Below the pieces are notes generated by a model that did not search any database, had not been told where the DNA came from, and worked only from the letters and a program-made list of their open reading frames with translations. A program made the translations under genes and the position numbers. Positions 1 through 13,182 of a stretch of DNA of 64,000 bases are shown here, piece after piece (positions within the stretch are counted from its first letter, which is position 1; each line of letters starts with the position of its first letter). The stretch comes from Pocillopora damicornis (Eukaryota): contig NW_020846747.1 in assembly GCF_003704095.1 (NCBI RefSeq), positions 682,001-746,000 of the forward strand, in the 5' to 3' direction.

Positions 1-247
1 TGCAAGTTTGACATCAGCATGATCTTTTTGTTTGTTTTCTTTCTTTCTAGCTTTCATTGACTTATTTGCTTATTTATTTATTGTATATTCCTACCCCCTC
101 TTTACAATAAAAATAAATCAAATTACCTGAAGATGGAGCCTTTTCAAAGAAAAATTGGATCAATATCAGTATCTGGTCAACTGCCCACCTACCCCTCCCC
201 TAACTCAATATCAACCTTAACTTGTTGTCAGTTGACTGTTGTTGAGG

Positions 248-488
248 GAAATTTTCTTAACTTTGATTCTCCCATGTCTGACATAGGAGAGGGAAATTAA
301 GAACTTGAGCTGGGTCCCCCCCAAAAAAAAAAAAATTGTAAAGGCCAACTTAATTTATGCAACAAATTTGAATGCAGCTTCTCACTTTTTTAAGAACACT
401 ACCCCTCTTAGAGGGACATTTTCTTAACTTTGATTCTCCCATGTCTGGCATAGGAGAGGGAAATTAAGAACTTCAGCAGGGTTCCTCC
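248..488. repeat. Direct repeat, two copies of about 75 bp
   Basis: attttcttaactttgattctcccatgtctg(a/g)cataggagagggaaattaagaactt at about 251-306 and 418-473. Confidence 0.85.
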
Positions 489-882
489 CACGGATAGCTG
501 ATTATAGGTGCATAACTGCTCTGAATTCTAAGACATATTTTAAAAGTAAGAACAGATTCAATATTCAACAATCATTTTGCTATCTTTTTAGCTATAGTAC
601 ACCAAATTGTTTTTCATTCACTTCACATTAGTTCCTTTCAAAACAATGTCATGTTTCCATTCATGCAATCTTTCATATTTTTCCTCATTGTGTTACCCAG
701 TGCACACACAAAAAAGATATGTTTTCTAAGCAGTTATCCGGTAGAGCACTATTTCAATTGCTACAAAATTGCATTTGGTGCAAAATGACTCTTCCACTGT
801 TTGAGTGTATTTTCCTGTTCACTATGTAAACTATATAATTATTGTTGCATTTAAATGGCATTTAAATGCAACAGTAATTACA

Positions 883-1050
883 GAGGACACAGAGGCAACA
901 AAAAGTAGTTAACTTAGGCATCGCATTTACTGGAAAGATGTGCAGGAAATCAAGGGAGTGTATCTAGAATTTGATGGGATTCCCTTCATCATCCTTGGCC
1001 ATAAACTTTTGGAGTGCCAAAATGTTCCAGAAAAGAACAGGGCACTTTTA
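883..1050 (+). pseudogene. CARF (calcium-responsive transcription factor)-like exon remnant
   Basis: Reads ...KSS*LRHRIYWKDVQEIKGVYLEFDGIPFIILGHKLLECQ, resembling the CARF-family WK...DGIPF...ECQ motif. In-frame TAA present, no partner exons seen. Confidence 0.35.
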
Positions 1051-3147
1051 GGTGGTATCAATAATTATATTAAATTCGATTGGATTAAGATGAACAGCGG
1101 TCCGCTTGTAATCCAGCGCTAATTTACATACTTCTTCACCTATTTCACCTTACAGATCTTCTTCATATAGGTTAGCTAACTTCAGAAAACATGGTGATGC
1201 AAATAAAGGAACACTGTCTTTGTAAGCAACACATTTGATGCACATACGCACCCTTCCATGAGCCTTGAGGTCCTCTTGTGCACTACCACCATGCCTGAAT
1301 CCAGGAAAAGAAACAAATTTCTAGGGCAGCTTTAAAAAACATCCATCAAGAATTGATCTGGTTCCGGTCCTTGTTATTCAAGAAATGAAATCAGCCATCT
1401 CTTAAATACGAGTGACCGTAGCCGATCGAAACACCGACGATAAAAGTTTCAAATTAAAGCAAAGTCTTTCAAAGTGAATGTTTTCGTTTATAAAAGTTTT
1501 TTAAAACGTTCTTCAGAACATTTGGTAGACTTAACACACTGATTATCAAAGAAACTTAGGCCCTCATTGCAGCCGCTATTTTGATATATTTTAACTACAT
1601 TTTTGAGGGAGAAACCGCGTGACACTGGGAGAACTGCGGACTCAACCTGGTTCAGGTCACTGTTATGTAAACATAGGTATGTTTCAAAATGGTTCTATTT
1701 CACTTTCTCTTCAAATTTCACAAAATGATTTTGTAGTCTTATAAGTTGTCAGAAATTTAAAACATGTACTGAATTACAAAGAAAAACATGTACAGCGCAT
1801 GCCAAAAAATTAGCATATGCATTTCCATTTCACGAACATCTCCAACACCTTTTCATGAAAATTTAGTTATTATATATACTTAATAAAAGGTCGTTATAGT
1901 AGCAGGCAAGTCAAGAATTTGAAGAAAACAACAAAACTTTTAAGTTTGTAAAACATGTTTCAACTGAAACTTCTATCATCTTCAGTTAATTAAAGTACAA
2001 AGCATTGGAAGTTCAATTTATAATGATAGGAAAAATGCTTATTTTTCTGCTTATTATAAATGCTACATCTATTGTAATAATCACTGGATTTTGTCATTCG
2101 AATAGATTGATCCAGTATTGAGCTGGTTGGGTTAAAAGATGCATTAGTTGTCTCTACTTTCCTCCCAATAATCCAATTTACAGTTGCATGCTTGGCTGCT
2201 AAGCCTTTGAACAGGAGTGAGGCTATGGGTGACCTTGTTATGATACAAACCTGGCTGTTTTTCAAATGAAAATTGCTTTGTTATCATGCTAAAGAGGTAC
2301 TAGTCTCTCTTACAACAAGGTCACCTTCAACCTCTCTCCAAATCAAAGGCTTGGCAACTTAGCGCACAACTGTAAAATGGCCTATTTGAATGGATTTTTT
2401 TTTGTAAACAAACCTTGAAATCTGATTGGTTCGTGTGTAAAGTTACCTCATTGGTTGGGAAAAAGTTAGGATTTAATGCATAAAATGGTGTAGTTTGTGA
2501 ATAAATTGCTCTGATGAGAGCCAATCAGATTGATTGCAAGGCTCACCAGCGATTTCTCGAAAAAAGCATGAAAAATTAATTTTGGGTAACCTAACCAGCT
2601 CACTTTAATAAATTCATGAGATACAAACTCAAGTTTTCAGCATGGGAAATTGGTAAAGGAGTGTGAGCTTGCATGAGACAGAGGTTTTCACTCTGTAGAT
2701 GTGAGAGTATGCAGGTATAAAATAGATAGATATTGTTATCATAAAATTGATCATGGAGAATTAAGCTGCTTTAGAGAATTTCAAACAGCATATGCTTTGA
2801 ATGTTAACCATTAATCAGGACACAGCTTTCAAATATTTTTATTTACCATGATGGTAAATTAAATTTAATTACATTTATAATAAAAATGCAATTTTCAAGT
2901 GCCATAACTCTATTACTGTCTGCATAATTTTATACAACTGATTAAGAAAATTTATTGATATTAAAATTTTGTGCGAAACCTACTTCTGACACAAAAACAA
3001 CACATTTTTTTAACCCTTTATTTCCTGGAAATGATTAACATCTAACATCCTCCTACAATACCCATACATTATCCAGCAAACAGGTAATGAGAATACAGGT
3101 AATGAGCAAAAGAGGAGAATTAACAACCAGAGCTCAAGGTCAGATGG

Positions 3148-3852
3148 TTACCTTGCACCTTTGATCTTTTCATCTACAATTACTTCCAGTCTCCTCAATC
3201 GATCTAGTAACTTTGGATGAGTAGAGTCTACAGTGTTAAAAAGCATTTCTTTTGATTCATGTCCCCCCTGTATAGATTTCATAAGCGACAGAAATCTCTT
3301 TTTCTTCAACACCCAATCAACCCCACCTTTAGCCACATCAAGATCACACCTAGCAGACATTTCATCCGCCTTGAATTCTCTGTAATGGTTAAGGCGACGC
3401 TCTACTGGCCAAAAACAAGCAAAGCTAAGCAAATATAATGTGACTTTGACAATGCCGTCCACAAGAGCTGAAGCTCTGGGTATAACGATTCGTGTCCTTC
3501 TTGATATTGCGTACGTTGCAATCAGCCATGATGGGGCAAAGAAAACGTCAGACGCGATATCAAAAGAACTACTTAGATGAACCAGCTCACGACCAATACA
3601 GAATGCTATGTTATCGTCCGACGAAAGCTGTGTATGGATAAATTTTTGGCCAAACCTGCTCTGCAACAGCATAGGAACCTTGCCGTCCTGGAAACAGATT
3701 TCACCAAACCTCCCAAGATCATCCTCGTGCTTAAAATAGAATGATAAAGGAACTCCAATAACTGCGCCATTGGGAAGCCATGTAGCCCCAGAAGAACTGG
3801 GATAAAGAGACCTGCACACGAAGAAGGATATCTTATCTTGTTTATCACTCAT
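3148..3852 (-). CDS. TMEM177: TMEM177-like mitochondrial membrane protein, 3' part; 5' end lost in N gap
   Basis: Motifs PSSSGATWLPNGAVIGVPLSF, IAFCIGRELVHL, FAPSWLIATYAI and AKGGVDWVLK are collinear with TMEM177 as I recall it (PVSAGFPRLPAGAVVGIPASF, FALAREVVYL, GGVEFYEK). The ORF track joins it across the 100-N gap to unrelated sequence. Confidence 0.75.
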   Translation of the reverse strand: MSDKQDKISFFVCRSLYPSSSGATWLPNGAVIGVPLSFYFKHEDDLGRFGEICFQDGKVPMLLQSRFGQKFIHTQLSSDDNIAFCIGRELVHLSSSFDIASDVFFAPSWLIATYAISRRTRIVIPRASALVDGIVKVTLYLLSFACFWPVERRLNHYREFKADEMSARCDLDVAKGGVDWVLKKKRFLSLMKSIQGGHESKEMLFNTVDSTHPKLLDRLRRLEVIVDEKIKGAR

Positions 3853-4394
3853 NNNNNNNNNNNNNNNNNNNNNNNNNNNNNNNNNNNNNNNNNNNNNNNN
3901 NNNNNNNNNNNNNNNNNNNNNNNNNNNNNNNNNNNNNNNNNNNNNNNNNNNNCTTCTACCCTTGGTGCAAAATCTACCGTTTGCTGTAAACATGGATCTA
4001 CTATCGTCACAAATATCTTGTGTGGCTCTGATTCTTCCTTTCTTCACACATTGCCCTCGGTTTTTTAACGGCAACTCCACCATAAACACAACCAAGAAAA
4101 ACTATAGCCAGCACGGCCAAGCTTAGGGACGACTTCATTATAACTACGCCTCCGTGCAAAGTGTCAGAAAAAGTACGAGAATGTAAACTAACTCAAAGTG
4201 AGTAAATTTGAGAACATCAATTTGTATAAATCTCGGCCTTAGAAACGTTGAACTTTGCTTAGAAACTGCGAAAAAATACGTCTTACATAGATTGTTCATG
4301 TTTACAATAACAAATTATCCATCTGAGTGCGCTTGCGCTTGAACAATCAGTTGACCGTAGTGTTGGCTAAATATGACCTTGTTGCTGCTTTCCA

Positions 4395-4720
4395 ATATAA
4401 AGAAAGATGTTTTTCTTGGAAAAAGAAAAAAATTTTGAGTTCCCATGAGGAATCGAACCTCAGATTCCAGATTCCGGATTCCGGATTCCGCGCTCCGATA
4501 CTCGACCACTGAGCCACAGACGGTCATATGACACGCGTCCTGCATACAGCTAAGATCAGCAAAGTCGATATGTGGCTCAGTAGTAAAGCATCGCAGGTCT
4601 GGGGTTCGATTCATCATGGGGACTCGGAATTATTTTCTTTGTCCCACGCTCGTGAAAAGACGAAAAACACCTTTCTCTATTTCTTTACCGAGCTCAAAAC
4701 TTAGCATCTCTCTTACCCTA
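4395..4720. mobile_element. Two tRNA-derived SINE copies in inverted orientation
   Basis: + copy from about 4571 has A-box-like TGGCTCAGTAGT and B-box GGTTCGATTC. The - copy at about 4400-4520 has the reverse complements (gaatcgaacc, cactgagccaca) plus an internal (attccgg)n expansion. Confidence 0.65.
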
Positions 4721-4897
4721 TTTCCAATGTAAATTACCTTGTTATCATGCTAACTAAATACTGGCCTCTACACGTACATCAGGGTCACCTTCAACCTCAC
4801 TCCAAATTAAAGGCCTGGCAACTAAGCAAACAACTTTGAATTAGTCATAAGCGAAGTGTAGTGTTATTTTGTAAAACGTTGACAAAGAAACGTTACA

Positions 4898-5539
4898 ATG
4901 AATCAGCAGGCAATTTTTGAAGTTATGGCACCAGTTTCAGTGGAAAAAATTTATGGGGACGAGGGAACAGGAGCGCAGCAAGACGTAAATGTGTGGAGGG
5001 CTCGAATGGATTCCATCCCTCAAGGTGTTTATATGATCGGGGATGTTGCATTTGGAGCGCATACGTCTTCCTTTCCTCTACACGCTGTGGTTCTGGTGAA
5101 GCCCTTGTTCAAGTACGACCATCTTGGCGAGATTATCAAACCTCCATGCTCCTACGAGGAAATTTGGACCGACAAGGGGTCCGGGGGTCGACAGGATGGC
5201 TCCTTTTGGCGAGTGCATGCTCCTCCAGGCTTTGCGGCCTTGGGTGATGTGGCATGCAATAACTATTCTCAGCCTACCTCTGAATTTACCGCTAAGTATG
5301 CCTGCATCCGAAAAGATTTGCTTTCTGCCCATGCTGAGCTGTCTTCCCCCGCTTTGTGGACCGATAAGGGCTCTGGAGCACAGCGAGATGTGTCACTGTG
5401 GACCGTCCGAGGCTATTACCAGCCGACTGGATGTTTTAAAGCTCATAAAGCTCACCAGAAACCAAATTTGGAAGTATTCACTCTACCAGTCGCCAAGATA
5501 TACAGGAAGGAGTGCGCTAATAATCTGAACTACTTCTAA
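4898..5539 (+). CDS. Vps62/DUF946-like repeat protein, intronless, 213 aa
   Basis: Three internal repeats IYGDEGTGAQQDVNVWR, IWTDKGSGGRQDGSFWR, LWTDKGSGAQRDVSLWT, plus PPGFAALGDVA. AATAAA at about 5943. Confidence 0.8.
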   Translation: MNQQAIFEVMAPVSVEKIYGDEGTGAQQDVNVWRARMDSIPQGVYMIGDVAFGAHTSSFPLHAVVLVKPLFKYDHLGEIIKPPCSYEEIWTDKGSGGRQDGSFWRVHAPPGFAALGDVACNNYSQPTSEFTAKYACIRKDLLSAHAELSSPALWTDKGSGAQRDVSLWTVRGYYQPTGCFKAHKAHQKPNLEVFTLPVAKIYRKECANNLNYF

Positions 5540-5842
5540 CTTTTAGATCGATGAAGGAAGTGCAACTAGTGACTTCGTTGAGGATTCTTTATCTCAAAGG
5601 TGTTTTCATCTTTGTCAAACGTTTTTGATTAAGCATGTATCCGCACTTGTTATTCTTTAAAGGAACCAAATGCAATGGCGTTTTTAAAAGAATTACAGAA
5701 GTTGTTTTATTGTTAAATGACCTTGGATAGCTAGGATAACTAGATAGGAAAACAGGAAACTTAAATTTGCTCAGAAACACTTAACTTCGCTTAGTTGGAC
5801 TTTAGAATCTGCGGGTAGCTCTTTAAGTAAACAAGAAATGTT

Positions 5843-5880
5843 TAACGTTCGTTGTTTAATGTTCGTTGTTTAATGTTCGC
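5843..5880. repeat. 14-bp tandem repeat, about 2.5 copies
   Basis: (gttcgttgtttaat)n read directly. Confidence 0.8.
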
Positions 5881-8800
5881 TTTAGATGTGCAGTTCCTTA
5901 GATTTTTCTCAATTATGCATATGCATCATAGTATCGATCACAAATAAAGCCTTTGTTATCTTGAATTTGAAGCTGAACGTTGGCTACTCCATGAATGATT
6001 ACGACTGGGCCTGGGAAATGTAAGGTAAAAGCCTCGTTGTTTTCACTGAGATATCAATAAACCAAATACTGATCTATTTCCTACTTATTTTATGGCTCAA
6101 TAATGAGTCTCAACTGAGAGCTAACCAAAAGCAAGGCTCTTTCCTAGGTAAAAGTCGCCTTGCGTTTCCTTACAGTGATAACTCACTTCCGGTATTTCTC
6201 GAAATTCTCCGGTATTTCTCGGAATTCTCAATCATTTCCGCTCCTTTTACTTTGGTTTTAAATTTCATCATCGGCTGATATGTTTTTATTCGGTGGAGTT
6301 AAATCATGTTCGTTTTGTTACCTTCGAGAAGATCTAAACCAAGGGAATTTAATTATTTTTGACTACTGCCTCCTATGAAAGCGAAGCCACAATGTTGTCC
6401 TGAAGAGTGAGTGAGTAACAATAGACTACAAACGACCTATTCGTTCACAACGAAGTCGGCCGAGTTTTACCCAATATTCCTCGCTCTTGGCTTTCGTTTG
6501 TTTCTGAACATCTTCGGTCGTTCAACGCCTAATGACGATTTCTTCGAATCGCTTCGAATCGCTTCGAATGTTTCACGGAATATTGGCAGGTGACACTCTG
6601 TGATCACCTGCCAATTGTTTGTTTCGTAGTGGCTACAGAAGACGATAAACATTTCACAATCATTTCAGAATGGCGCGTGAGAAAACAAAGCTCCACTTTG
6701 CAGAAATGTCTCAAAAGGAGTGATCGGCGCATCATGAAAATTTAGAGGAAAATTTTTTTCGTCAAAGAGGGATCATTTTAACGTTCGAATCAGCGAATTA
6801 TTCCCAGTAGATCCGAAGATATAATTTTTCTGTTCTAACTGTGACTCTACGGTAGATGATAAACATCTCAAAATAGTTCACAGTGGCGTCTCGGCACGTA
6901 ATAGAAATAAAGACTTTTTCCTTGCAGAACTATCTAAATAGGTTTGATCTACACATCGTGGAAACTTTGAAGACAAATTTTATTTATTCGAAAAAAGGTA
7001 ATTTTACCATTTCAATCAGCGACAAATGCTCAGAAGAGCCGCTAGATTTGCGAAGCGAGCAACGACGTTGAGCTAAACAGGGATAAACCGACAGAGAAAC
7101 AGTGAGGTTCTTGAGCTAGAAGTTATCATTACAAGTACTTCCATTATCATCCTCATTATGATTAATATTATTATTGTTATTATTAATACGATTATTAGTC
7201 ACCATTTAATTAGTAGCTGTGTGATAATTACTCGCTATTTTCTTGAGTCATATTTCTCTTGCGGTGGAACAGGGCTCTCATAAGTATGTGGAATGCTTAG
7301 GAGAGGATTTCTGTTTTGCATCCGAGACAAATCTTTTGCAACGCTATCTTCTAGCATCATCGTACAACCCTTGGTTCTTTTCAATGCCATAAAAAATTGT
7401 GCTACATCAGTCGCCATATGCAGCTGCAGTCTTAAATGCCAATTTTTAAAAGTGTAAAGAGTAAATAGAGTTTATTGATCTACAATTCTAATGCTTTTCA
7501 TGCCTTCCGTATGATGACAAGGACCGCATTTCTATATTGAGTGTCGCAATACTATAGCCAAAGTAATTACAACGGTCAATCGAAACAAAGGCAAGTGAAC
7601 AAAAAGGACTCGTCAACGCGTATTAGTAAATTCGTCTAACTCGTTCGTTATATGCCAATGAGATACATTATATTTTTAATAACCAGTTTAACGCTTGGGT
7701 ACGCACCAGCGATTCACATTGAAATGTACTGGACTGTGGGAGATAGACATAGGGCCTTTCCGCACTAGCGAAAAAGTTTTCTGTCATCACCAAAATTTTG
7801 TAAGTGCGGTTGCTTGTCGCGACTTGACAAATTTTGGCCGGAGCGGACAAATCATAAGAACACGCCGACAAAATTTTTCCCGGGCCGGGTAAAAATTTGA
7901 CAAAATCGACTGAAGAAGCAAAGCCGTGCTAAACTTGTCAATCATTCGTCGTAAAAGCTACCACCAGCGTGTAATTGAATTAAAATCAGTTTCATAGAAA
8001 GGAAAAAAATGTCTTTTGTGGCAAAATTCGGAGATTCTAAAATTTTAAAACGACTAAGGATAAATACTGTAGACTGGAGGTGGAATTCTGTGCCAAAAAC
8101 TATACTGGCTGGTCTTATGAACAGATCAGGCGCTGATGGAATTTGACGGCTTTGAAACTTTTAATGCGGATGCAACAGACGAAACAAAAATTTTTGATAA
8201 CAATTGTCTTTTGATTCTGTCGAGACAACTGTACTTTGGCCTCTAGTGCGGAGAGGGCCTTAGATCCAAAAATCCTGAAAAATGGCCTAAAACTCATCCG
8301 GAATTTCTCCAAAAAATGCCAATAAATCTCATTGTTGTCTCTTAAAATCTCGAAATTTTCTCTAAAAATCCCGATTTTTGAAACAAAAAAAATATAAACA
8401 TAAACATCACATAAAATGCGAGGTTCCTGTGGTAAAACTGCGTGGAAGCACCTTCAAACTGATTAAAAAAGATCCGTTTGTTTTCTTGACAATGTTTTAA
8501 GTGGTTCGTCAGCTTAGTCTCTTAACATATTCCTCTTTCAAACAAACAGTAACGACTATAAACGGTGAGCAGAGTTTGACAGTTTCATGGAGCCCGCTCG
8601 GAAACAATGGAAGAAAAACCAACAAATTTGTTTTCATTCTCTCGGTTGTATGTTTTTGAACATTGTCGTCTAAAAATTCCTAAATGTTCTAAAAAATCCT
8701 CAATGTTTTAAAAATCTTGTTGGTCTCTAAAATAATCCTAAAACATCCGGATTTTTGCATTTAGTCCTAGTTGGAAACAAGTGTGAGTAAACTGTGATCA

Positions 8801-9639
8801 AATGCCCTACCCAAGTATCGAATTCAACGATCAATTTTTCTGTAAAAGGCAAAATCAGCGACTTTAACTTTTTACTTACTGATCAAGCCTTAAAACCTAG
8901 ATCTTGTAGACTTTTTCTTTTCAGCCCTTCTTCTTTTGCCCGACTACCTGAATATTTAAGATAAAACACGTGTTTTCTGCGAGAAAGGCTTGACACTTCC
9001 AGCTCAAATTCCTCACCTCAGCAAGACAAGTTCAAAATTCCCACCCCCACCCCCCCCCTTACGGCACAGACGACAGTCAAATGCCCGTGGGTTACCCGGG
9101 GGTGAGATGTTGAAGCCTCAAAGTGATCGACGCAGTATCTGAACCAAGGATATTGTGTGGGAGCATAAGATTATAAAGGTGCATGAAATACAAGTAGCAC
9201 GTTTCCCCCAATTGAAACGCACTTCCTGTGCTTACCTGTGTTCAGCATGATCCAAAGAAAGTAAGCATTTTCAACAAGGCGCGGAGTATAATTGTAGAAA
9301 ACTAATACTTTAGTACATAAGCTATTAAAAGGCGTAAAGAATGTTATCAACAAAACAGCGACAATTCGGACATGCAGCAATACTCAATTAAACTTCTGAT
9401 AACGAAGATTGGCTTTCTGACGCTGTGGCTGAGAAAGTCTCGAGACTAGGCTCAGATAAATCTTGCCGTCATAATGTTGGGGAAATGCTATAGTCGGAGG
9501 ATCGAGCATAATGCCAGCACAGTGACATAGTGCAGGCATCGTGCCATCATGCCGAATTTATTCTAGCAATTGAACATAAACACGTATCCGATGATCAGTT
9601 GTGTAAGGTCCCGCCAGGGGAGGGCGGGGCGCCCTCAAA

Positions 9640-10110
9640 TGACTTATCAGTCCTATTCTCGATAGGCAGGTTCTAGGACATCTAGGGCACAAGAAGGTAG
9701 GTCCTGTTGAATCCTGTTCTTATGCTTCCTGCCATCTAATGTTCATGATGGAGCGGAGGCAGCGTTAACTTTGGTGATACTGATCTTGGGGTTTGATTTG
9801 TCTCTCCACAGTACCCATGCCTCAATGCCGTACAGGAGGGTATTGATGACAACAGCCCTATATACCAGAATTTTAGGAGAGTCGAAGAGAATGGTTTTCA
9901 CATACTCGTTTTTGCAGACGACAAAATGTGCCTCTAGCTTTGGACATCTCATTCTCAACATCTTTTGCCGATGTTCGATCGTTCGTGATGATGCTTCCAA
10001 GGTATGTGAATTTTTGTACCACTCTAGTGGATGTTCATCAATGTGGATATTGGGAGCTACGTACGGAGACCTCGGCTTTGGTTGGTGGAGTACTTCTGTC
10101 TTCTTTTTTT
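9640..10110 (-). mobile_element. Degenerate LINE (RTE-like) reverse-transcriptase C-terminal fragment
   Basis: Minus-strand peptides VVQKFTYLGSII and KILVYRAVVINTLLYGIEAW in different frames; both are typical post-RT motifs of RTE/CR1-group LINEs. Confidence 0.7.
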
Positions 10111-11498
10111 TGAATCAATGTTCCCAACTACATGTTCTTAATTGTATTTTCTCATTGACATATGACATACGCGTTATACAAATTCACCCTTTACTTTTCG
10201 ATCATCGTATGAATATTGAAGCCACTTGGGGCCCAAAATACTCCTTTGAGCGAACACGCCTGTCCGCCTCCCTCACTCGCGGCTGCATGAAAAACATCAG
10301 CCACTAGAGTTGTATAAGCGATCTGTTCGTTGTTTAAAGCTTGTTGTCAAACTAGTAGTGAAAAAGGTAAGGTGTGGGAAGGGGGGTGCAGCCCCCTCCT
10401 TTCCCCGACTCTCCTCTGTATACACCACAATGAGCCCCTTAGAAAACCTTTATATAACTGATTTTTGAGGACGAAGTGAAAAGTGTTATTTGGCGCTTCG
10501 ACACGTTGCTTTAATCAGTCATTCGAGGTTCGAAAGTAATACACGATATAGCGCGTCCATTTGCCTTTGTTTCTCCTGAAAGTGGTGATTATTTTGATTA
10601 CAGTGTTGCGACACTACATCGAAAGGCGCTCCTTACTATCATAGGAGATGTAAAGCTAACTTTACTAGCTTTTCAAACTATCAGAGATTAAATTACCTTG
10701 GTTTAGTTCCTAGCTCTCAGAGTAACAAAACAGACATGATTTTAATTGGTCGAAAAAAAAAAGGAAAGAAAAAGGAAATGATCGGAAATTCCGAGAAATG
10801 CCGGAAGTCACCAATCAGTGTAATGTTTGTGTCTCAAGTCAAACCCGAAAGTATTGGTTGTTCAACGAATTTTAAACGAAGGTTTCAGTCTGTGACAAAG
10901 AAATAGCCTTTCTTTTGGTTAGCTATCGGTTGAAGCTCATAATCAATCCATACAAGAGATGATACGAGTCTGGTTATATTCTTAAAAAGGTCTGTGTTTG
11001 GTTTATTGATGTCTCAGTGAGCACACTTAGGGTTTTAGCTTACATTACACTGATTCATGCAGTTAGTAGCGAGCGATCAGCTTCAAATTCAAGGTAAAAA
11101 TGGCTTCGTTTGTGATGCTATGATGTAGTAGCTGAATACTAGAGTGCTATGAAACTCTTCACTGTGAAATTAAGAAGATTTTAACGAACTGTATATCCAA
11201 AGCGAACATTAAATGACGCTAATGGTTTCCGTGCTCACACAAGTTTTTAACAAATTCGAAAGACTACAAAGCGTCGACAAATTCGATGTTCTTGAGAAGA
11301 AACTGTAGTCATATTTATTTTATCTATAATCACATGCTTTTATACAGTAATACAGCTTCTATGATTCTTTTAAGCGTTAATTGCAGTCGGTTCTTCTGAC
11401 ACATTATTGCAGATACATGCGTAATCAACGAGATTTAACGAAGACCTATACAAGATTCAGAATCTTTAGTGACGTCAATAATTTTACTTCTTCAACTG

Positions 11499-12130
11499 TT
11501 AGTTATTGGAGCATTCCTTACTGTATATCTTGGCAATTGGTAGCGTGTACACTTCCAAAGATGGTTTGTTGTATGCTCTATGGGCTTTAAAACATCCAGT
11601 TGGCTGGTAATAACCTTGCACGGGCCAGAGTGAAACATGTCACTTTGCTCCGGAGCCACTGTCGTTCCATAAAGCTGTGGAAGACAGTTCAGCATCAGCA
11701 GAAAGTAAATCTTGTCGGATGCAGGCATACTTGGCGGTAAATTCAGGGGTCGGCTGAGACCAGTTATTGCAAGCCACATCGCCTAGGGCCACAAAGCCTG
11801 GAGGAGCATGTACTCGCCAAAAAGAGCCGTCTTGTCTACCCCCGGAGCCCTCGTCGGTCCAAATTTCCTCGTAGGAAGATGGCGGTTTGATGATTTCACC
11901 AAGATGGTCATACTTGATCAAGGGCTTCACCAGAACCACAGCGTTTCGTGGAAAACTGGAAGTAAACGCTCCAAATGCAACGTCCCCGATCATAAACACA
12001 CCTTCAGGGATGGAATCCAATCGAGCCCTCCAAACACTTACATCTTGGTACGCCCCTGTTCTTTCGTCTGTATAAATTTTTTCCACAAGAAATGGCGCCA
12101 TATTACTTCAAAAACTGGTTGATAAGTCAT
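11499..12130 (-). pseudogene. Vps62/DUF946-like paralog with a 2-nt insertion and a premature TGA
   Basis: Collinear with 4898-5539. ATG at 12130 gives MTYQPVFEV, then an extra AT shifts the frame before MAPFLVEK (ATG 12101). TGA at 11640-11642 aligns with CGA (Arg) in the intact copy. The same frame continues HVSLWPVQGYYQPTGCFKAH...SKECSNN to TAA at 11499-11501. Confidence 0.85.
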
Positions 12131-13182
12131 CCCGTCGTTTTTTTTCAACGTGTTTAATATAATTCAGTAATTCACTTCCCTATGATTTTCAGGCAGGGTT
12201 TCACCGACAAATCTCAGTCTTTTTTGTTTTGGCACTGCTTGAAGTTTTTATGCGCTAGCTTTTGAATTTCTGCCAGCTTAAAGCGGAAATGTATAATAAA
12301 AACCCGAAATGGCATGATTGTGGGCTGTCCTATTTCGGTATTTCGAGTGAGTACACATCTTTTGATCAGTACTTGTCGTTTCCCAGTGCTATGCTATTAC
12401 GTTCAAATACAACCCCTTTCGCTTGCTCGCTGTACTTGTTTCTAATCAAGAATTGTAGAGAGAAAATCTCCATTGTGGGGAGAAGGCCTCTGCAGATGCT
12501 TTACGCACAAAAAGGTCATTCCAATGTAAACATGTCTTTAGTTGAGCCTTTTCACGATTTCAACATTTGCTACTTTTCCAGGAAAATCTGACAACTTTTC
12601 TCAGAAAAACTGCAAAAGCAATGTGAATATTACTGTGGAAGGCAAGTTTCTAAAGTTCATAAGAGTTACGTAGAACTCTGCTAGTCAAATTTGCATCTCT
12701 GACGAAGCTTTCGTTGAAAAAAAATACTGAAACACTGTGAAAAATCTGAATAGATATTAAATAAAATTACAATAGACATCAATAACAAAGATAATCCGAT
12801 CAAAATGCAATAATGAAGCCGAAAAGTCTCGAAAAGGTCTTTGTGTGAACATCTCAATAGCCAAAGCGCACAAGATTGGGCAGAGCTCAAGCGTAGATGA
12901 ATTAGGTCACGTTTCATCAATATTGAAAAATTAACCTTTAAGTTTGTTATCTTGAAAGCACGCCAAGTTCCCCTACCGTTGAGAAAAAAAATTGGAGTAG
13001 GAAAGATCCAATGAGAGGGAAGTATTTTCTCAACCTGAGGGGAGGTGGGGGGGGGGGGGGGGGGGNNNNNNNNNNNNNNNNNNNNNNNNNNNNNNNNNNN
13101 NNNNNNNNNNNNNNNNNNNNNNNNNNNNNNNNNNNNNNNNNNNNNNNNNNNNNNNNNNNNNNNNNGCCCAATCTCACTCGAA

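Noticed and set aside
3148-4095. 315-aa ORF as a single protein
   Set aside because: It spans a 100-N placeholder gap; only the part below 3852 resembles TMEM177.
4430-4630. Possible tRNA genes (also 26270-26320 and 50447-50520)
   Set aside because: A and B boxes are present but there is no complete cloverleaf, and SINE-like bodies follow.
11640-11642. Selenocysteine codon
   Set aside because: It aligns with Arg (CGA), not Cys; no SECIS was recognised, and the gene has a second lesion.
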